A model generated the notes under the pieces. That model was given only the letters and a program-made list of their open reading frames with translations, was not told the DNA's origin and made no database searches. Both the position numbers and the translations under genes were made by a program. DNA of 64,000 nucleotides from the human T2T-CHM13v2.0 reference genome, Homo sapiens: the NCBI RefSeq assembly GCF_009914755.1, contig NC_060936.1; one strand, 5' to 3'. Positions 30,376 through 45,529 of this stretch are shown here, piece by piece; the first letter of the stretch is position 1, and every line of letters begins with the position of its first letter.

Positions 30376-31733
30376 ATATGGCTTCCGGGTTCTTGATGAA
30401 ATCCCCAGCTCCTCTGTCTGATACTCTTGAATATAGTGTTCACTGGAGCTGTCATAGGTCCTCAGTCAACAGCAGAATGCTTGGGGACTTGCTGTCTCCT
30501 GCCCTCCCCTTGCTCCCACCCACAGCAGATTTGAAACCCCCTCTCATGCTAATGCCGTGCTTGCTTTTACTCCTAGATGCTGTGAGAATGGGTAGCCATC
30601 GAAAGCAATTCTGTTCATCAGACAAGAGTTCTTGCTATTTACACCACATCTGCAGTGACTTCCTCCACTGAAGTATTGAACCTTTAAAGTCATCCATGAA
30701 GGTTGAAATCAACTTCTTCCAAACTCCTCATAGGATTGATATTTTGACCTCCTCCCATAAACGACAAATTTTCTGAATGTCATCTAAAATGGCAATTTTT
30801 TTCCAGAAGGTTTTCAACTTTGCCCAGATCCATTAGAGGAATCACTGTAGCAGTTATATCCTTAATAAATGTATTTGTAAAATAATAATACTTGAAAGTC
30901 AAAATTACTCCTTAACTGTGGGCTACAGGATAGATGTTGTGTTAGCAGTCATGAAAAAAACATTAATCTCCTTGAACATCTTCATCAGAGCTCTTGGGTA
31001 ACCAGGTGCATTGTCAGTGACCAGGAATATTTTGAAAGGAATTTCAAAAGGTCTCAACAGTAAGGCTTAAAATATTCAATAAACCATACTGTAAACAGAT
31101 GTGTTGTCATCTAGGCTTTGTTATTTCATTTCTAGAACAAATGCAGAGTATATTTAGCATAATTCTTAAGGACCCCAGTATTTTCAGAAGGGCTAATGTG
31201 TATCGTCTTCATCTTAAAGCCACCAACTGTATTAGCTCCTAAAAAGAGAGTCAGCCTGTTCTTTGAAGCTTTGAAGCTAGGCATTGACTTCTTCTCTCTA
31301 GCTACAAAAGTTCTAGAGGGCATCTTCTTCCAATAGAAGGCATTTTGGTCTACATTAGAAATCTGTTGTTTAGTGTAGCCATGTTCATCAATTATCTTAG
31401 GCAGGAGAACTTCAGCTGGAGAACTTGCTGTAGCTTCTTGCACTTGCTTCACTTGCACTTTTAGGTTGGAGACGGTTTTATAAAGATAATTTATTTTCTT
31501 AAATCCCATGAATCAACACCTACTAGCTTTAAACTTTTCTCTTCAGCTTCCTCACCACTCTCAGACTTCATAGAATTGAAGAGGTTAAGGCCTTGTTCTG
31601 GATTAAGCTTTGGCTTAAGGAAATGTTGTGGCTGATTTGATCATTTTTATTCAGACCACTCAAAATTTCTCCATTAAGCCATAGGCTGTTTTGCTTTCTT
31701 ATAATTTGTGTGTTCACTGGAGTCACACTTTTA

Positions 31734-32103
<370 letters not shown>

Positions 32104-32242
32104 TGACTTTCAACATGCCTTCCTCACTAAGCTTAGTCATTTCTAGCTTTTGATTTAAAGTGAGAGCCATGTGGCTCTTCCTTTCACTTGAACACTTCGA
32201 GTCCATTGTAGAGCTATTAATTGCCCTAATTTTTTTATTGTT

Positions 32243-32542
32243 GTTTTAATATTTGCTACTACCACCAAGATCTGCGCCTGCAGTGGCTCCACCCAGGCCC
32301 ATGTTCTATTAAGGGACATTGCAATGGCCCTTCTACTCATCTTGGCATAGTGTCTTTAGGCTTGGGAGATCTGAGCACTGCTCTGTCCTTCCTGCTCTAG
32401 TCCCTCTACTAGCAATGGCTGCATATTGGCTCAACTCCTCAGCACCATCCATTTTCAGGGACAGTTGAGTAGTCAGTTGAGTTGTTATACACTCCTTAGT
32501 GGATTCTGACTTCCATGGTCACTGTACTGTTGTATAATCAAC
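32243..32542 (-). pseudogene. Retroposed 28S (LSU) rRNA fragment inside Tigger1
   Basis: The reverse complement contains gcagatcttggtggtagtagcaaatatt and ccatggaagtcagaatccactaaggagtgtataacaactca...ccctgaaaatggatggtgctg, which are conserved 28S motifs. cctaattt occurs on both flanks. Confidence 0.92.
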
Positions 32543-33069
32543 TATCCTAATTTCAACATTGTTGTGTCTCAGGGAATAGGGAGGCCTGAAGTTAAGGAGA
32601 GACATGGAGCAATGATCAATCAGTTGAGCAATCAAAACACACACAACAATTATCAATGAAGTTTACTGTCTTATATGGGCATGTTTTCTGGTGCCACAAA
32701 ACAATTACAATAGTAACATCAAAGGTCACTGATCACAAATCACCGTAACAGATATAATAATAGTGGAAGTTTGAAATATTGCAAGAATTACCAAAATGTG
32801 TCACAAAGACCTGATGGACTTGCTAGAGGCAAGGCTGCCAAAAACTTTCAATTTGTTAAATATGCAAAATCTGCATGGTAAAATAAAGCATAGCACAATA
32901 AAAAGAAATATGCATGTATACACTATTTATAATGTATATCCCTACATATAATATATATCAATATATAATAAATGTACGTATTGTTACATATTTGCAAATA
33001 TATATGGTGAAATATATCCATGAGTTGCCAAATCTGTTTTCACAACATTATGAACCTTCAAAAACATGC

Positions 33070-33295
33070 CCAGCAAGGAGTCATGATGGCTGTGCATACC
33101 CACGAACAGGGTTGATTAGAAACAACTGTTTCATTTACACAACACTGGGTCATATGACAAATAAATAACAGCAACCTGCCTATTTTTAAAATTTTGACAT
33201 CTTGCTTCTCATGAATTTTTTTAATTTTTGATTTTTTAAATTCATTGCCTTAACTATTATTTAGCCTGATTACTGAGTTTTTGGCACCACTTTTA
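33070..33295. mobile_element. Possible MER45-family hAT fragment
   Basis: attttgattttttaaa...tattatttagcctgattactgagtttttggcacc. Confidence 0.45.
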
Positions 33296-33304
33296 AAAAA
33301 ATAA

Positions 33305-35430
33305 CTCATTTATTTTGAAATGATTTTCATTGTATATATTTATGGGGTACAACATGACTTTTTCATATATGTATACATAATGGAACAATTAATCAAAGTA
33401 AATAACATATCTTCACCTCATAAACATCTTTTCTGTGGTTAGAACATTTAAAATCTACTTTCTTAGCACTTTTCAAGTATGTAGCACATTATTATTAACT
33501 ATAGTCACTCCGCTGTATAACAAAATAAATGTCCAGAACTTAATCATCTTGTTTAACTGAATCTTTCTATATTTTGACAAACATCTGTCCTTGTTCCCAG
33601 CCTATGAAAAGAATACCCTACTCTTTTGAGTTCAACTTTTTCAGATTCTACATAAAAGTGAGATCATACAGTATTTTTTTCTGTGCCTAGCTTATTTTAC
33701 TTAGCATAATATCCTGCAGATACATCCATAGTATCTCAAATAGCAAGATACCCTTTTTTCTAAGGCTGAATCTTATTCCATTGTGTGTATCCGTCCCATT
33801 TTCTTTATCCATTCATCCATCAAGAGATATTATTTTATTGTCATATCTTGGCTATGAATAATAGTTCGCTATTAAGAATAATGCTGCAATGAACATGAGG
33901 CTGTAGATACCTCTGTGACATAACTGATTTCATTTCCTTTGGATATACACACAGAAGTGGAATTGCTGGATTATGTGGTAGTTTTATTTTTAATTTTTGA
34001 GAAACCTCCATACTACTTTTCATAATGGCTATACTAATTTACATTCCCACAAACAGTGTGCAAGGGTTCCCTTTTCTCTACATATTTGCCAATATTTGTC
34101 TTTTGTATTTTAATAAATGCTATTCTCACAGGTGTGAAGTGATAGCTCATTCACACCTGTGAATTTGCATTCCCCTGATGATTAATGATGTGAAATATTT
34201 TTTTTTTGTATACTTATTGGCCTTTTGATTCTCTTCTTTTGAAAAATATTTATTAAAGTTCTGTGCCCATTTTTTAATCAGTTTGTTTGTTTTCTTGCAT
34301 AGAGTTGAGTTCCTTATATATTTTTTAAATTAACCCTTTATCAAATATATTGTTGGTATAGTTTGAATATTTGTCCCCACCCAAATTTCATGTTGAAATG
34401 TAATCCCAGTGTTGGAGTTGGACCCTGGTAGCAGGTGTTTGGATCATTGGGGAGGATCCCTCATGAATGGCTTGGGCCGTCTCTTTGGTGATAAGTGAGT
34501 TCTGGCTCTGAGTTCACATAAGATCTGGTCATTTACAACTGTACAACAGCTCCTGGCTACTCTTTCTCTCACTTGCCACTGCCGTATGGTGTTCCTACTC
34601 CCCCTTTGCCTTCCACCATGATTGTAAGCTTCCTGAAGCCTCCCCAGAGGCTGAGCAGATACCAGCACCAGGCTTCCTGTAAAGCCTGCAGAACTGTGAG
34701 CCAATTAAATCCTTTTTCTTTATAAATTACCCAGTCTCAGACATTTCTTTAGATCAATGTGAGTGAGCTAATACAATGGTTTACAAATACTTTCTCTTGT
34801 TAAACAGGTTGTCTCATGAATAGCTTGTTGAATGTTTCCTTTGGTGTGCAGAAGCTCTTTAGTTTGATGTAATCCCATTGCTTTATTTTTCCTTTTGCTG
34901 TCTGTGCTTTTGTGATAATATTCAATAAATCTTTGCTAATACCAATATCATGGAGCTTTTCCTCTAGTTTTTGCCTAGCAGTTTTATAATTGTAGGTCTT
35001 ACATTTAAGTTTTTAATTGATTTTTTATGTGGGATGAGTTTCATTCTTTTGCATGTGGTAATCCAGTTTATTAAAGAGACTGTTCTTTCCCCATTGTGTG
35101 TTTTTGGCACCTTTATCAAATATCAATTGACTATAGAATGTGGGTTTATTTCTGGGTTCTCTATTCTGTTCTATTTTTCTATACATTTGTTTTGGTGCCG
35201 CTACCATGCTGTTTTGATTATTATAGCTTTGTAGTTGACTTTGAGATAAATTGGTGTGATGCCTCCAGCTTTGTTCTTTTTGGAAAAAATTTTTGAGTAT
35301 GCAGGGTCTTTTCTGGCTCCATGGAAATGTTAGAAATGCTTTCTCTATTTTTTCTGAAAAATGATATTGGGGTTTTTTGGGGGACTGCACTGAACTTACA
35401 GGTCACTTTGGGTTGCATGGACATTTTTGC
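33305..35430 (-). mobile_element. L1MA6/7-like 3' portion
   Basis: L1MA 3' UTR on the minus strand plus antisense ORF2 motifs, split by an MST LTR. Confidence 0.85.
34354..34775 (+). mobile_element. MaLR solo LTR (MSTB/MSTA-like)
   Basis: tg...ca termini, gattgtaagcttcctgaagcctcccc, cctgcagaactgtgagccaattaaa. 5-bp TSD attgt/atggt. Confidence 0.9.
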
Positions 35431-35449
35431 ACTGGATTTAACTGCTTCA

Positions 35450-35610
35450 CCTGCCTTACCTTCATCTAGGCCCTAATTAGGCAAGTTACATAACTGCTCT
35501 GTACCTCAGTTTCTCCACCTAAAACTGTGTTCTTATAAAGCACTTAGAACAGTATCTGCCAGCACACAATAAGTACATAAAAGATGTTATTGTCATTATT
35601 ATCATTAACA
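35450..35610 (+). mobile_element. MIR
   Basis: ggcaagttacataactgctctgtacctcagtttctc...gcacttagaacagtatctg. Confidence 0.7.
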
Positions 35611-38600
35611 TTAACCTTTTTATCTTATATCTACTCTCATTTTCAGCAAACGTAATTTTTCTAAGTAATATCTTCCTGGAGATCTGTATCCGCTGGAGAA
35701 ATGGCTCAAGGTAGTATAAACCACAAAGCAAAGATTAGGATTACACTGGTTTAATAAGAAAATATACCCATTCTTAACATGTCGTTATCATGGCTAAGAA
35801 ACAGATTTTAGAATATTTGATTTTCATTAAGGCTCGTTAGCCATAGAGCCTGGCAATTCAGTAATAAACCCTGACATAGCTAAGAGAAGAACAGAGGAAT
35901 CAGTCTCTCTTTTTGAGAACATTCTTTGAATTGATTCCTTTTCGATATTCTTAAAGAATATGTTGACTCAATTAATTGTTATTTCTCTGATGTAAAGATG
36001 CTAGAGAACGGAGTGTGAAAGCAAGAAAATGACACACTGAAAGAAGACAGTCAAGGTCTGGTGCTTCTTCTGGGTACTAGCTATCTCTCCCTGCCCCTGC
36101 TAGCCCAGCTCAGTGATGTCAGAGCCCGGCTATGCCTCTGCCACAGGAATTAGAATTCAAGTCCCTCCCCTATTGGGAAAACAGGCTCTCTGTACTTATG
36201 ACATGATTATCAGCATGACAGAAACACTTTGTGTTATGTCAATAAGATATTATTTTTCCAATAGCTTCAACAGGGAAATATATTATTCTTAAAAATTTAG
36301 ACAGAAATAAAAATCCTATTTATGTTTTCTGGCAGACCTTATTTCTCTATTTATTTGTACTTTGAATAGCAGAGTTCCCTTTCATGAATATTCTAATCAG
36401 ATTGAAGATATCATCCATAGCAGAGAGTTCCCACAAATGGCAGTACCAAGTATAGTAGAGCAACAGATATCTGCCTTTGGCAGCAGGTGAAAGTTCTGTT
36501 TTTCACAAGTAGTTCCTATGCATCTTGGGTACTCATATCAAGAACCTCAGACAATTTTAAACAAAGAAGAGCTGTCATGTTTTGCCTCCACATTTGCTGT
36601 TACATCAGGCTGAGTTTTATAGTCTCTGGCTGTTCTTTCAGTAATTAGTTCATTTAAATATATGAAAAATGTAAATTAGGATTCTACTGTTTCTAAAAGA
36701 ATGAGCTAACTTTGTGAATGACTGAATAAATGAATGACCCATTGACAGAAAGAGTACAAAATGTCTGACATGTTTTCTTATTTTTGACAACCCCAGTTAA
36801 TCTTCCATGGCAATAAAACTTGTTCAGTGAAAAAGACTATTTTTTTCACTTGTAAAAATAAAATTAGCCTAAAATGTCACTGGAACATTTTTGAACTGGG
36901 GAAAACATGCCAGCTTGAAGAAACTTTTTTCTGTCAAATATTTGGTTGGGAGAAATGACAGAACCAGCCAATACTGAAAAGCTCCCCATTTTAAAATAAT
37001 AGACTAAATCTTCTAAAAATACGAAAGTGTATCAATTACCTTTAACTAATTATTAAACAATTAGCCATTTATATTAGAGTCACTCAGTACAGGTCTTAAA
37101 GAAGATGTGCCCTATTGATAATGCTTAACACTGTTTCTTGGACTGTGGCAGATAATGACTTGAGATTTTTAAGGCATAAGAAATTCTATAGCAGATTAAA
37201 CATGTTTTATCTTCTTTATCCATTTAAGGTAAAAAAGAAAAAATGTATACACTGCTCTCCATGTGACAAATATATACTTTGAGGATTTTGTGATAATTAC
37301 ATCATAATCTCCATCCTCAACTGAATTATAGTTCAAAGGATGAAATACCCAGGCCGTCACAGGGCCACTGAATAAGTGCTGAGATAGGCCTAGGGGAAAC
37401 CTAGCCTTGGAATGAGACGTTGAGGAAAGCTTTTTTGGTATATGTGGTGACTAGAAGAACCATAACTAAGGAGGAGTTAATTATAATCCTTCATAAGTAG
37501 ATAAGAATATCCCTGAAGATTTCAAACTGTGTAAAATATGCCAAATTGTGGTACCTGCTATAATTACAGATCCTTTTAAGAGAAATTATCCCAAACCACT
37601 TCTCCATGTTATAGCTCATGACTGAAGGGCAGCCATTTCTTGGGCTCTTATCTAGTCATCTGCCCAGCCTTAAAGGTTTGACCTCTGCAATAGCGATATG
37701 ATAAGTAAATCATAATAATGTTCTTTAAAAAGTAAGAGTTGGCAGTTTTGGCTGAAGTCCAAAGAATGCCTTGAGAAAGGCAAAGAGGTAGAATGGAAGA
37801 TACACATAATGTGAGGTTCTAAGGAAACAGGTAATAGCAGTAGACTCTCCCTGTAGATACCATGTTGAAGATGCAGCAGTCAAGAGTAATAGGGAAGCAA
37901 CTACGTTAGGGGAAGAGAAGCAGAATTGGAAAAACAATTCCTAAGTCAAAGGCAGAAGAAAGGAAGAAAAGTCCTGTTTCCAAGATCTCAGCTATGGGTC
38001 AAGCTTCAGTTTCCATAAGGCCCTCTCCCTTTAAATCTCTCACATTTCTTGAATCCCTGCCTTCCTTACTCATCACTAAAGTAATTTTCCATTATTTAAA
38101 ATAATATGAGTGTCTGTCCCTTGCAGCCAAATGGATCTAACTGCAACAGAAGTTATCAACCTTGTTTATATCTACAGAAAAGTGTTTTAAGATCCCAAAA
38201 TTATTCATAATAATTTAGTAAAAATACTTGCCAAGGAAAGGGGGCAAAAGCTTAAAACAGTAAATATGTGGGACAAGACTATATAACTTAAATATTAAGT
38301 GAAATTACTGGTATTCAATTTTATTTATAAAAGAGGAGAAGAGGAAACACAACTCTTGCTAATATCCTGCTGTGCACACTGACACTTAAATGCATGTGGA
38401 AAAGCCATGTGTCTACATTGAGTTTCTGCTCACTAACCAAACTGCTGTGCATCACCTCAGAAAATGGCTCTGCAGTCCTTCAGGCCAATCTACATAACTT
38501 TAACAATTTTCATGGTTAAGTGACTCAGAGCAGATCTTTTCCCTAGTCATTTTAGAATCTTCATCGAGTTCCTCGCTTTAGTAGACAAAGCCAGGCCCAC

Positions 38601-38639
38601 TCTGTGTTGCTTCATTATTCAGTCCTAAAGGATAAGAAA

Positions 38640-38830
38640 ACAGTGATTAAGCAACTTGTGTATTATGTTCTGGGCCCTCTCCATAGGCCATCTTATTTAA
38701 TCTTAACAATAGCTTGGTGAATTTAGGTTACCCTTCCTTGGCAGATAAGAAAACTGACATCAGAAATTTGCCCAAAGGTCACACCATTGGGATTTGAATT
38801 CAAGTTTGTCTGACTCTAAATCACCTATTC
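38640..38830 (-). mobile_element. MIR
   Basis: cagataagaaaactga...ttgcccaaaggtcacac...ggatttgaattcaagtttgtctgactc. Confidence 0.7.
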
Positions 38831-39341
38831 CATGCTCTCACCCAAACCCACAAAGATATTTTCTATTCTCATGTTTGGTTTGTTCCCCAGCTAACTCTTT
38901 TACCCTGACACACTAGAGACAAGGACACCAAGAACTTCAGATGCTACAGTGGGTAAGATAGGCACAACCATGATACTGAAGAAGAAACTGTTAGAAAAAC
39001 AGACTAGATAACGGTTAGCTGTTCTCAATAGACTCTTCTGGTGTGATTTATCTATTTTTTTCTATAGAAATACTCATCTAAGAAGTTAATATTCACAATC
39101 TAACAGAAGTCATTGGCCAGTCACAAGTTAAAAAATGCATATCTTACTTCCTCAACATTCAGCCTTTTTCTTCCTTTTTTAAGTAGAGGGGAAAAAGAAT
39201 AGGGAAGTTTTTCGCCTCCACTTTTTCCATTTTACATTGACAATATCCTTATGTTTGTTTCTCATTATCCACAGAGTCGGGGTGGGGGCAGGCAAGAGAG
39301 AGAGATGATTAATCTTGTTCCAGCCTATCTTTAAAACCCAC

Positions 39342-39964
39342 TGTTCTGGTTAGTTATTGCTGTGTAACAAAAAATTCAAAACTTAGTTACATTTTTTTAA
39401 AAATCCACTTTTATTAGGCTTACAATTCTGTGGGTCAAGAACTTTGTCAGGGTTCAGTGATGACAGCTTGTCTTTGTGCCATGATGTCTGGGCTTCAGCC
39501 AGGGTAGTTCAATTGTCAGGATATGGTGGAAAACCATGTGTTTTGGACCTCAGTACTGTTCCATGTGGCATCTGCTGGGTCTGGAATGTCCAGAATGGCT
39601 TCTTCACATTCATAGCTAGTGTCTAGACTTGGATGTCAAAACAACTGACAGTTAGCCAGTATTGCTTTCTTTAAAAAATATACTGTCTTCACATTTTAAA
39701 TGGCTATTTTGGATTTCCTCATAGCATGGAAGTCTCAGGGTGGTCAGACTGCTGATGTGGTGTTCCGCTTCTCCTAAAGAGAACACTTCAAGAGACAAGA
39801 AGTAAAATCTAGCAGATTCTTAAGGTCTGAGTGCAGAAATGCATGAGGTTTAATGTCTACTTTATCCTGTTAGTCAAAGTAGTCACAGAACACACTCAGA
39901 TATGAAGAGAGATGACATGAACTACTGGGAGGGATATAAAATTGCATGTTTTCCATCTGCCACA
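39342..39964 (-). mobile_element. MLT1-family MaLR LTR
   Basis: tgttctggttagttattgctgtgtaacaa...ttctgtgggtcaagaa...gtcaaagtagtcacag...ctgccaca. Confidence 0.75.
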
Positions 39965-40124
39965 CCTTATCTCCTGCATCTTTCCTCTCCTTTCTCCCTG
40001 TGTCACTATTAGCATGAAGTCCTTATTTAATGAATATTTTTATTATTTTTTTAAATTAAAGACCTACTCTGTACTACCTACTGTGCTTATATAATAAGGA
40101 AACAAATAACATACATAATAGTGG

Positions 40125-40300
40125 TTCTACTCCTTACTAACGTGCTGTGAAAAAAAAATTTACTAACTGAGCAATTCACTTCTTCTCTGATCCATTTTTG
40201 TCAGTTGTAATAAATGTACCTCACAGAGATGTTTTGACAATCAAATGAAATAAGACAGGTAAATTGCCTAACACAGTACCTGAAACATATTCAACAGTGA
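40125..40300 (+). mobile_element. MIR
   Basis: tacctcacagagatgttttgacaatcaaatgaaataa...aacacagtacctgaaacata. Confidence 0.6.
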
Positions 40301-43177
40301 GCAGTCAAATTTCCCTTTCCTAAATTAAGATAATTATGGTTAATGTGTATAGTTTAGATATGCATATATGTGTTTTAGGGGAGGAGAAAAAATGAAAGTA
40401 AAATTCTATTCTGTCAATGCCAGTAGCATAACAGAAATAGAATATTTTGTGCTCCATTTCTGGGAAGTGTGGAGTGGTGATGGATAGGTTTATTTTGGGA
40501 AACTGAGAACCTAGCAAGTCTACCATCATTTAACAGCGGACAGAGAAGCAACTTAGGAAAATACTCAAGTAGTAATAATTAGTTAGGCCTAATGCGCTAC
40601 TTTGTCCTACACACAGTTCTCTTCTCATTTATGGCAGTCTTCCTTGTGTTATAGCAATGTTTGATCATAAGTGAGTACAAACATTTTTATACCACATTAT
40701 TACCATTTAAAGAATAAGACTTCTATTCAATTCACTTTTGTTTTACATTCTATAGCACTTATCGTAGTAGTTTGCACATAGTAAGTACTCAATAATTAAT
40801 TGATCAAACAAATCAAAGGGTAATAGTGACAGTAGACTAATAATATAGAGATTTTGCGTTTTTAGTATATGTTCAGTTCAATGCTTGTTCCTATTAACAA
40901 TAGGTACTCTAATGTAACCATGTTAATTTATATTTTAAAAGTTTAGGTATAAAATAAATTTCTCTCTTAAAGGGCAAAAAGAGGTTGAACCTAGACATAT
41001 CTAAACAGAGGCCAGCTGACAATATGTTAGGAATATTAAGAAGGAATCCCTTCCATTGTTGGGCATGCAGTGGCTGTAATTCTATACAAAAATCACAACG
41101 CACTAAGTGCTGGACAAAATATAAAATGTAAACATAGTTCCTGCCTTATAAATATCTAAAATAAGTTACACTAAAAATTATCCTTTTATTTAACTAAAAC
41201 ATAGTTCACCTACCAGGAACAAGATGATTAATGTACAAGAAACTGCTAAAAGCCTTGGAATGGCTGTGTTCCAATTACCGAAATATGATCATGAGCCTAA
41301 AATACAAATAGAATTGCATATAATCAAAGGATGTTATGGCAGTATTTTCTATTTGAATCCAGATTTTCAGAAACTAGGTCAATTGTAGCTAGGAGCTTTT
41401 CTATTAGGTCCAAAGGAACTTACTTAAATCTGTCACTGTTAGTTTTCATAAGTGAAAAATGCCTTAATCTGCTGTCTACTTACCTTTAGATAAACTATCC
41501 AAATGTTGCCAAAACTACTATAACTGAAAATTTATATGTATAAAGAAATATCTATAATCCTAATCAAAGGATTAATTTACACCTTTGAAAAACAATAACA
41601 AATTAGAATGGAAAGAAAAGTTTATGAAATATTTCATGTGACCATGATACCTAACAAACCTAAAACTATGATTACTAAGTGCCAGCTCCATTTAATAATA
41701 TAAGAAAAGTGTCTTTTATTGATAATACAAACAGTTTGGTTTCCTTGGCTATGTAAAACAGAATTCAACCATTAACTCCCTTCTAGACATCAAGAAGAAA
41801 AATGATGTGGCTTGAAATTGATTTCTGAAAAGCAAGAGGGAAACCACACATCTGAATGAACAACAAAAAAAATTTAAGATTAAAAATGTATAAACATTGG
41901 TGTTGTAACAAAGGTGGATTGAATTGTGGGCCGCTCTCCACTTGGTAGCTGAAACCATTTGATACCTATGTTCTTAAAATGCAGACAATCATTCCATCAA
42001 ATTATAAGATAATTTAGAGACAATAATGAGATGAATGAGGTATAACTAAGTAAAATGTTAGTTATGTTGTTGGAAAAACTAGATCAGTATATGTAAAGCA
42101 ATTAGAAAATGTAGAATAGTTTGTTACTCAGTGCTGAACTATCTGGTATAGATTATAGGTCTCTAGGAGTTCAAAGAAGGGAAGGATTAATGTAGCATAA
42201 CATGATTTTGCAAGATTGCAGAGATTTGAACTCTGAGTCCTAAAGGGTAATTAGGATTTGGAAAGGAAAAAGATTAAAAGAAATGCTTTTATACATTTAC
42301 CAGATAGAAAGATTATATGGGAAAAAGAAAAGGTAAATAATTTTATTACGTACAATGTGTTGGTTTCTTATCAGTAAAATAGGAATCAATTGTATAAAAT
42401 TGTTTTGAAAATTTGAAGTGATAATATGCATAAAGAATTCATATTAGGCCTGAGACATTAGCCTAAGAACTTAAATAAAATACTTTTTAAACATACACCT
42501 AAGAACTTAATAAAAAGGATTGCTTAACAAGAGTTTGTCAGTTAAAAATTAAATTAATAAGAGCAAACAGTGTTAACTGGTTGACACACACCGAAAAAGC
42601 AAATAAGTGTTCTATTAGGTAGCTTAGTTTTCTGTTCCTGGAAATGACGAAAACCATTTGGTTACTTATTAAGGGGAATATGAAGCAATGTTATATTGTG
42701 GAAGTTGATGTGATGAATTCCTACTAGCTCTTCCTTTAATCTTTCAGTTTTCAAGTTAGCATGGCTCTATCATGGATTAACCTGAGGTTTCTGAGGAATA
42801 TGAACCATCTTTTATCTCTAGAATATAAGAAAATGGTAATTCTTGTTATTACAAACTTCCTCAGAAACTTGCAGAGTATTTACTTTGCTGAAATTTGGCT
42901 ACGTGTGTATTTGTATGTACATACGCATGTGTGGGGGTGGATATGTGAGTTGTGGTTTTTTAAAAATACTTATTGTCTGAATGGGGCTGAACATAACTTT
43001 CTCGGAAAGAAATTTTATTTTTATTTTTCTACTTACAAGAGAGAAGTTTTTCTAATAAAACTTTAGTATATATTATTTTATAGTACCAAATAATTAATAA
43101 TAATCCACGATGGAAAAAATCCTAAACAATACTTTTGTTAAATTAATTTGAAATGTATATAAAAAGAATGTTCTAGG

Positions 43178-43398
43178 CTAAAATATCTACAATGTTTTTT
43201 CTTTAAAGGGCCAGATGGTAAATATTTTAGGCTCTGTGAGCTATATGGGCTCTGTTGCAACTACTGAACTCAGCCATAACCAGTTGTAGAAAACACACAG
43301 ATGAATGGATATAGCAACGTTACAATAAAGCCTTACTTACAAAAGCAGGTTATAAACAGGATGGATTTGGTCCACCAGCCTTAATTAGACAACTCCTG
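43178..43398. mobile_element. MER58A (hAT-Charlie MITE)
   Basis: aaagggccagatggtaaatattttaggct...tctgttgcaactactgaactc. ttctagg on both flanks. Confidence 0.85.
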
Positions 43399-44597
43399 TT
43401 CTAGGAGCACAGTTGAAAATATTTCTTATCTAAATTAAATGGCTTCTCAGATTTATAGTTTTAAAAGTTATCTACAAAATCCCCAAGGATTTTTGAGCAA
43501 AGTTTTTGTCTTTAGATACTTGCATACCAAGGGTTACCTCTGTGATAAGTTAAGACTCCCTTTTAAAAAGTAAATGCTTAGCTAAGTCTGCAGAAACTTC
43601 TTTAGAAACATGACTCTCACAATTAGACGACATAAAGAAAGAAAAACACAGCTGGATAGAATACTGTGGACTAGTAATCAATAGAATTGCTAGTTATATC
43701 GTGTGAGGACAATAGATCTTAATTTAGTTTCATTCTCTTCTTTTCACACTATATACTCACCTTTATCCTATAATAGTACATATTAAATATGTCATTGCTC
43801 AAAATCACATATTAGACACATTATATTTTTGAGTATGGTTTGGTTGTTATAATTTAAACGTTTCATTATGTCAAACAATCTTTAAAGCTCCCTTATCCTA
43901 CTTTTTAGGTTATGAGAATTTATAGCATCTTTTTCTGTCCCTCCTAACACAGAACCACAGGTTACCAGGATCCTAGCAAAAGCTTTCTCAGTGTGATGAG
44001 GTAGGATTTTCATTTGAACTAAAAATTAGATCTCATCGAATAGAGCATATTGAATAGGATAAAGAAGATCTGTCTCTCACTTCTGGACAAGAGAAAACAC
44101 TTAATGTTATATACTTCTGCCATTTGAAATTATATTATTACATCTTAGAAATATATTAACCAATTGTCTGCTCTTGACACAAAGATTTTTTCCAATTATT
44201 TGCTATTTCAAATGATGTTATGATGAATATTTAAGAATAAATATGTAAGTACTTAGGAAAATTCCTGGAAATAGAATACATCCAACTAGCAATTTGAGTT
44301 TTTTCCTCAAAACTGTGGATTGGTCTAGGATATTAGTGTTTTAATTAATTTGGCCATTTTAATATGTAATAGTATTATAATTCAATGTTGTTTTAACCTA
44401 TATTTTATAAAGTTTAAACATTTTTATGTTTATTTACCATTTGTATTTAATATTTAAAACTTTATTATTTCAACCAATATTTGTCATTGTCTACTTCTGC
44501 TAGAAACATTAGAGGGTATTTGAGAATACAAGGTTGATGTCCTCTGAGAACATATGTATCTGTCAATCAGTTAATGGACCTTTACTGAAGGTCTTCA

Positions 44598-45490
<893 letters not shown>

Positions 45491-45529
45491 GATAAAGCTA
45501 AAGAAACAAGACTAGTCTGAATGCTTTAA

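Noticed and set aside
31132-31509. Domesticated Tigger transposase gene (TIGD-like)
   Set aside because: Short fragment in a truncated, Alu- and rRNA-interrupted Tigger1. The recollected D-E-T motif reads DQN.
32243-32542. Functional rRNA gene
   Set aside because: Only ~300 bp, heavily mutated, and with no rDNA context.
36090-36250. Possible enhancer (tgatgtca CRE-like site, locally GC-richer)
   Set aside because: Single short motifs are expected by chance in 64 kb, and there is no independent support.
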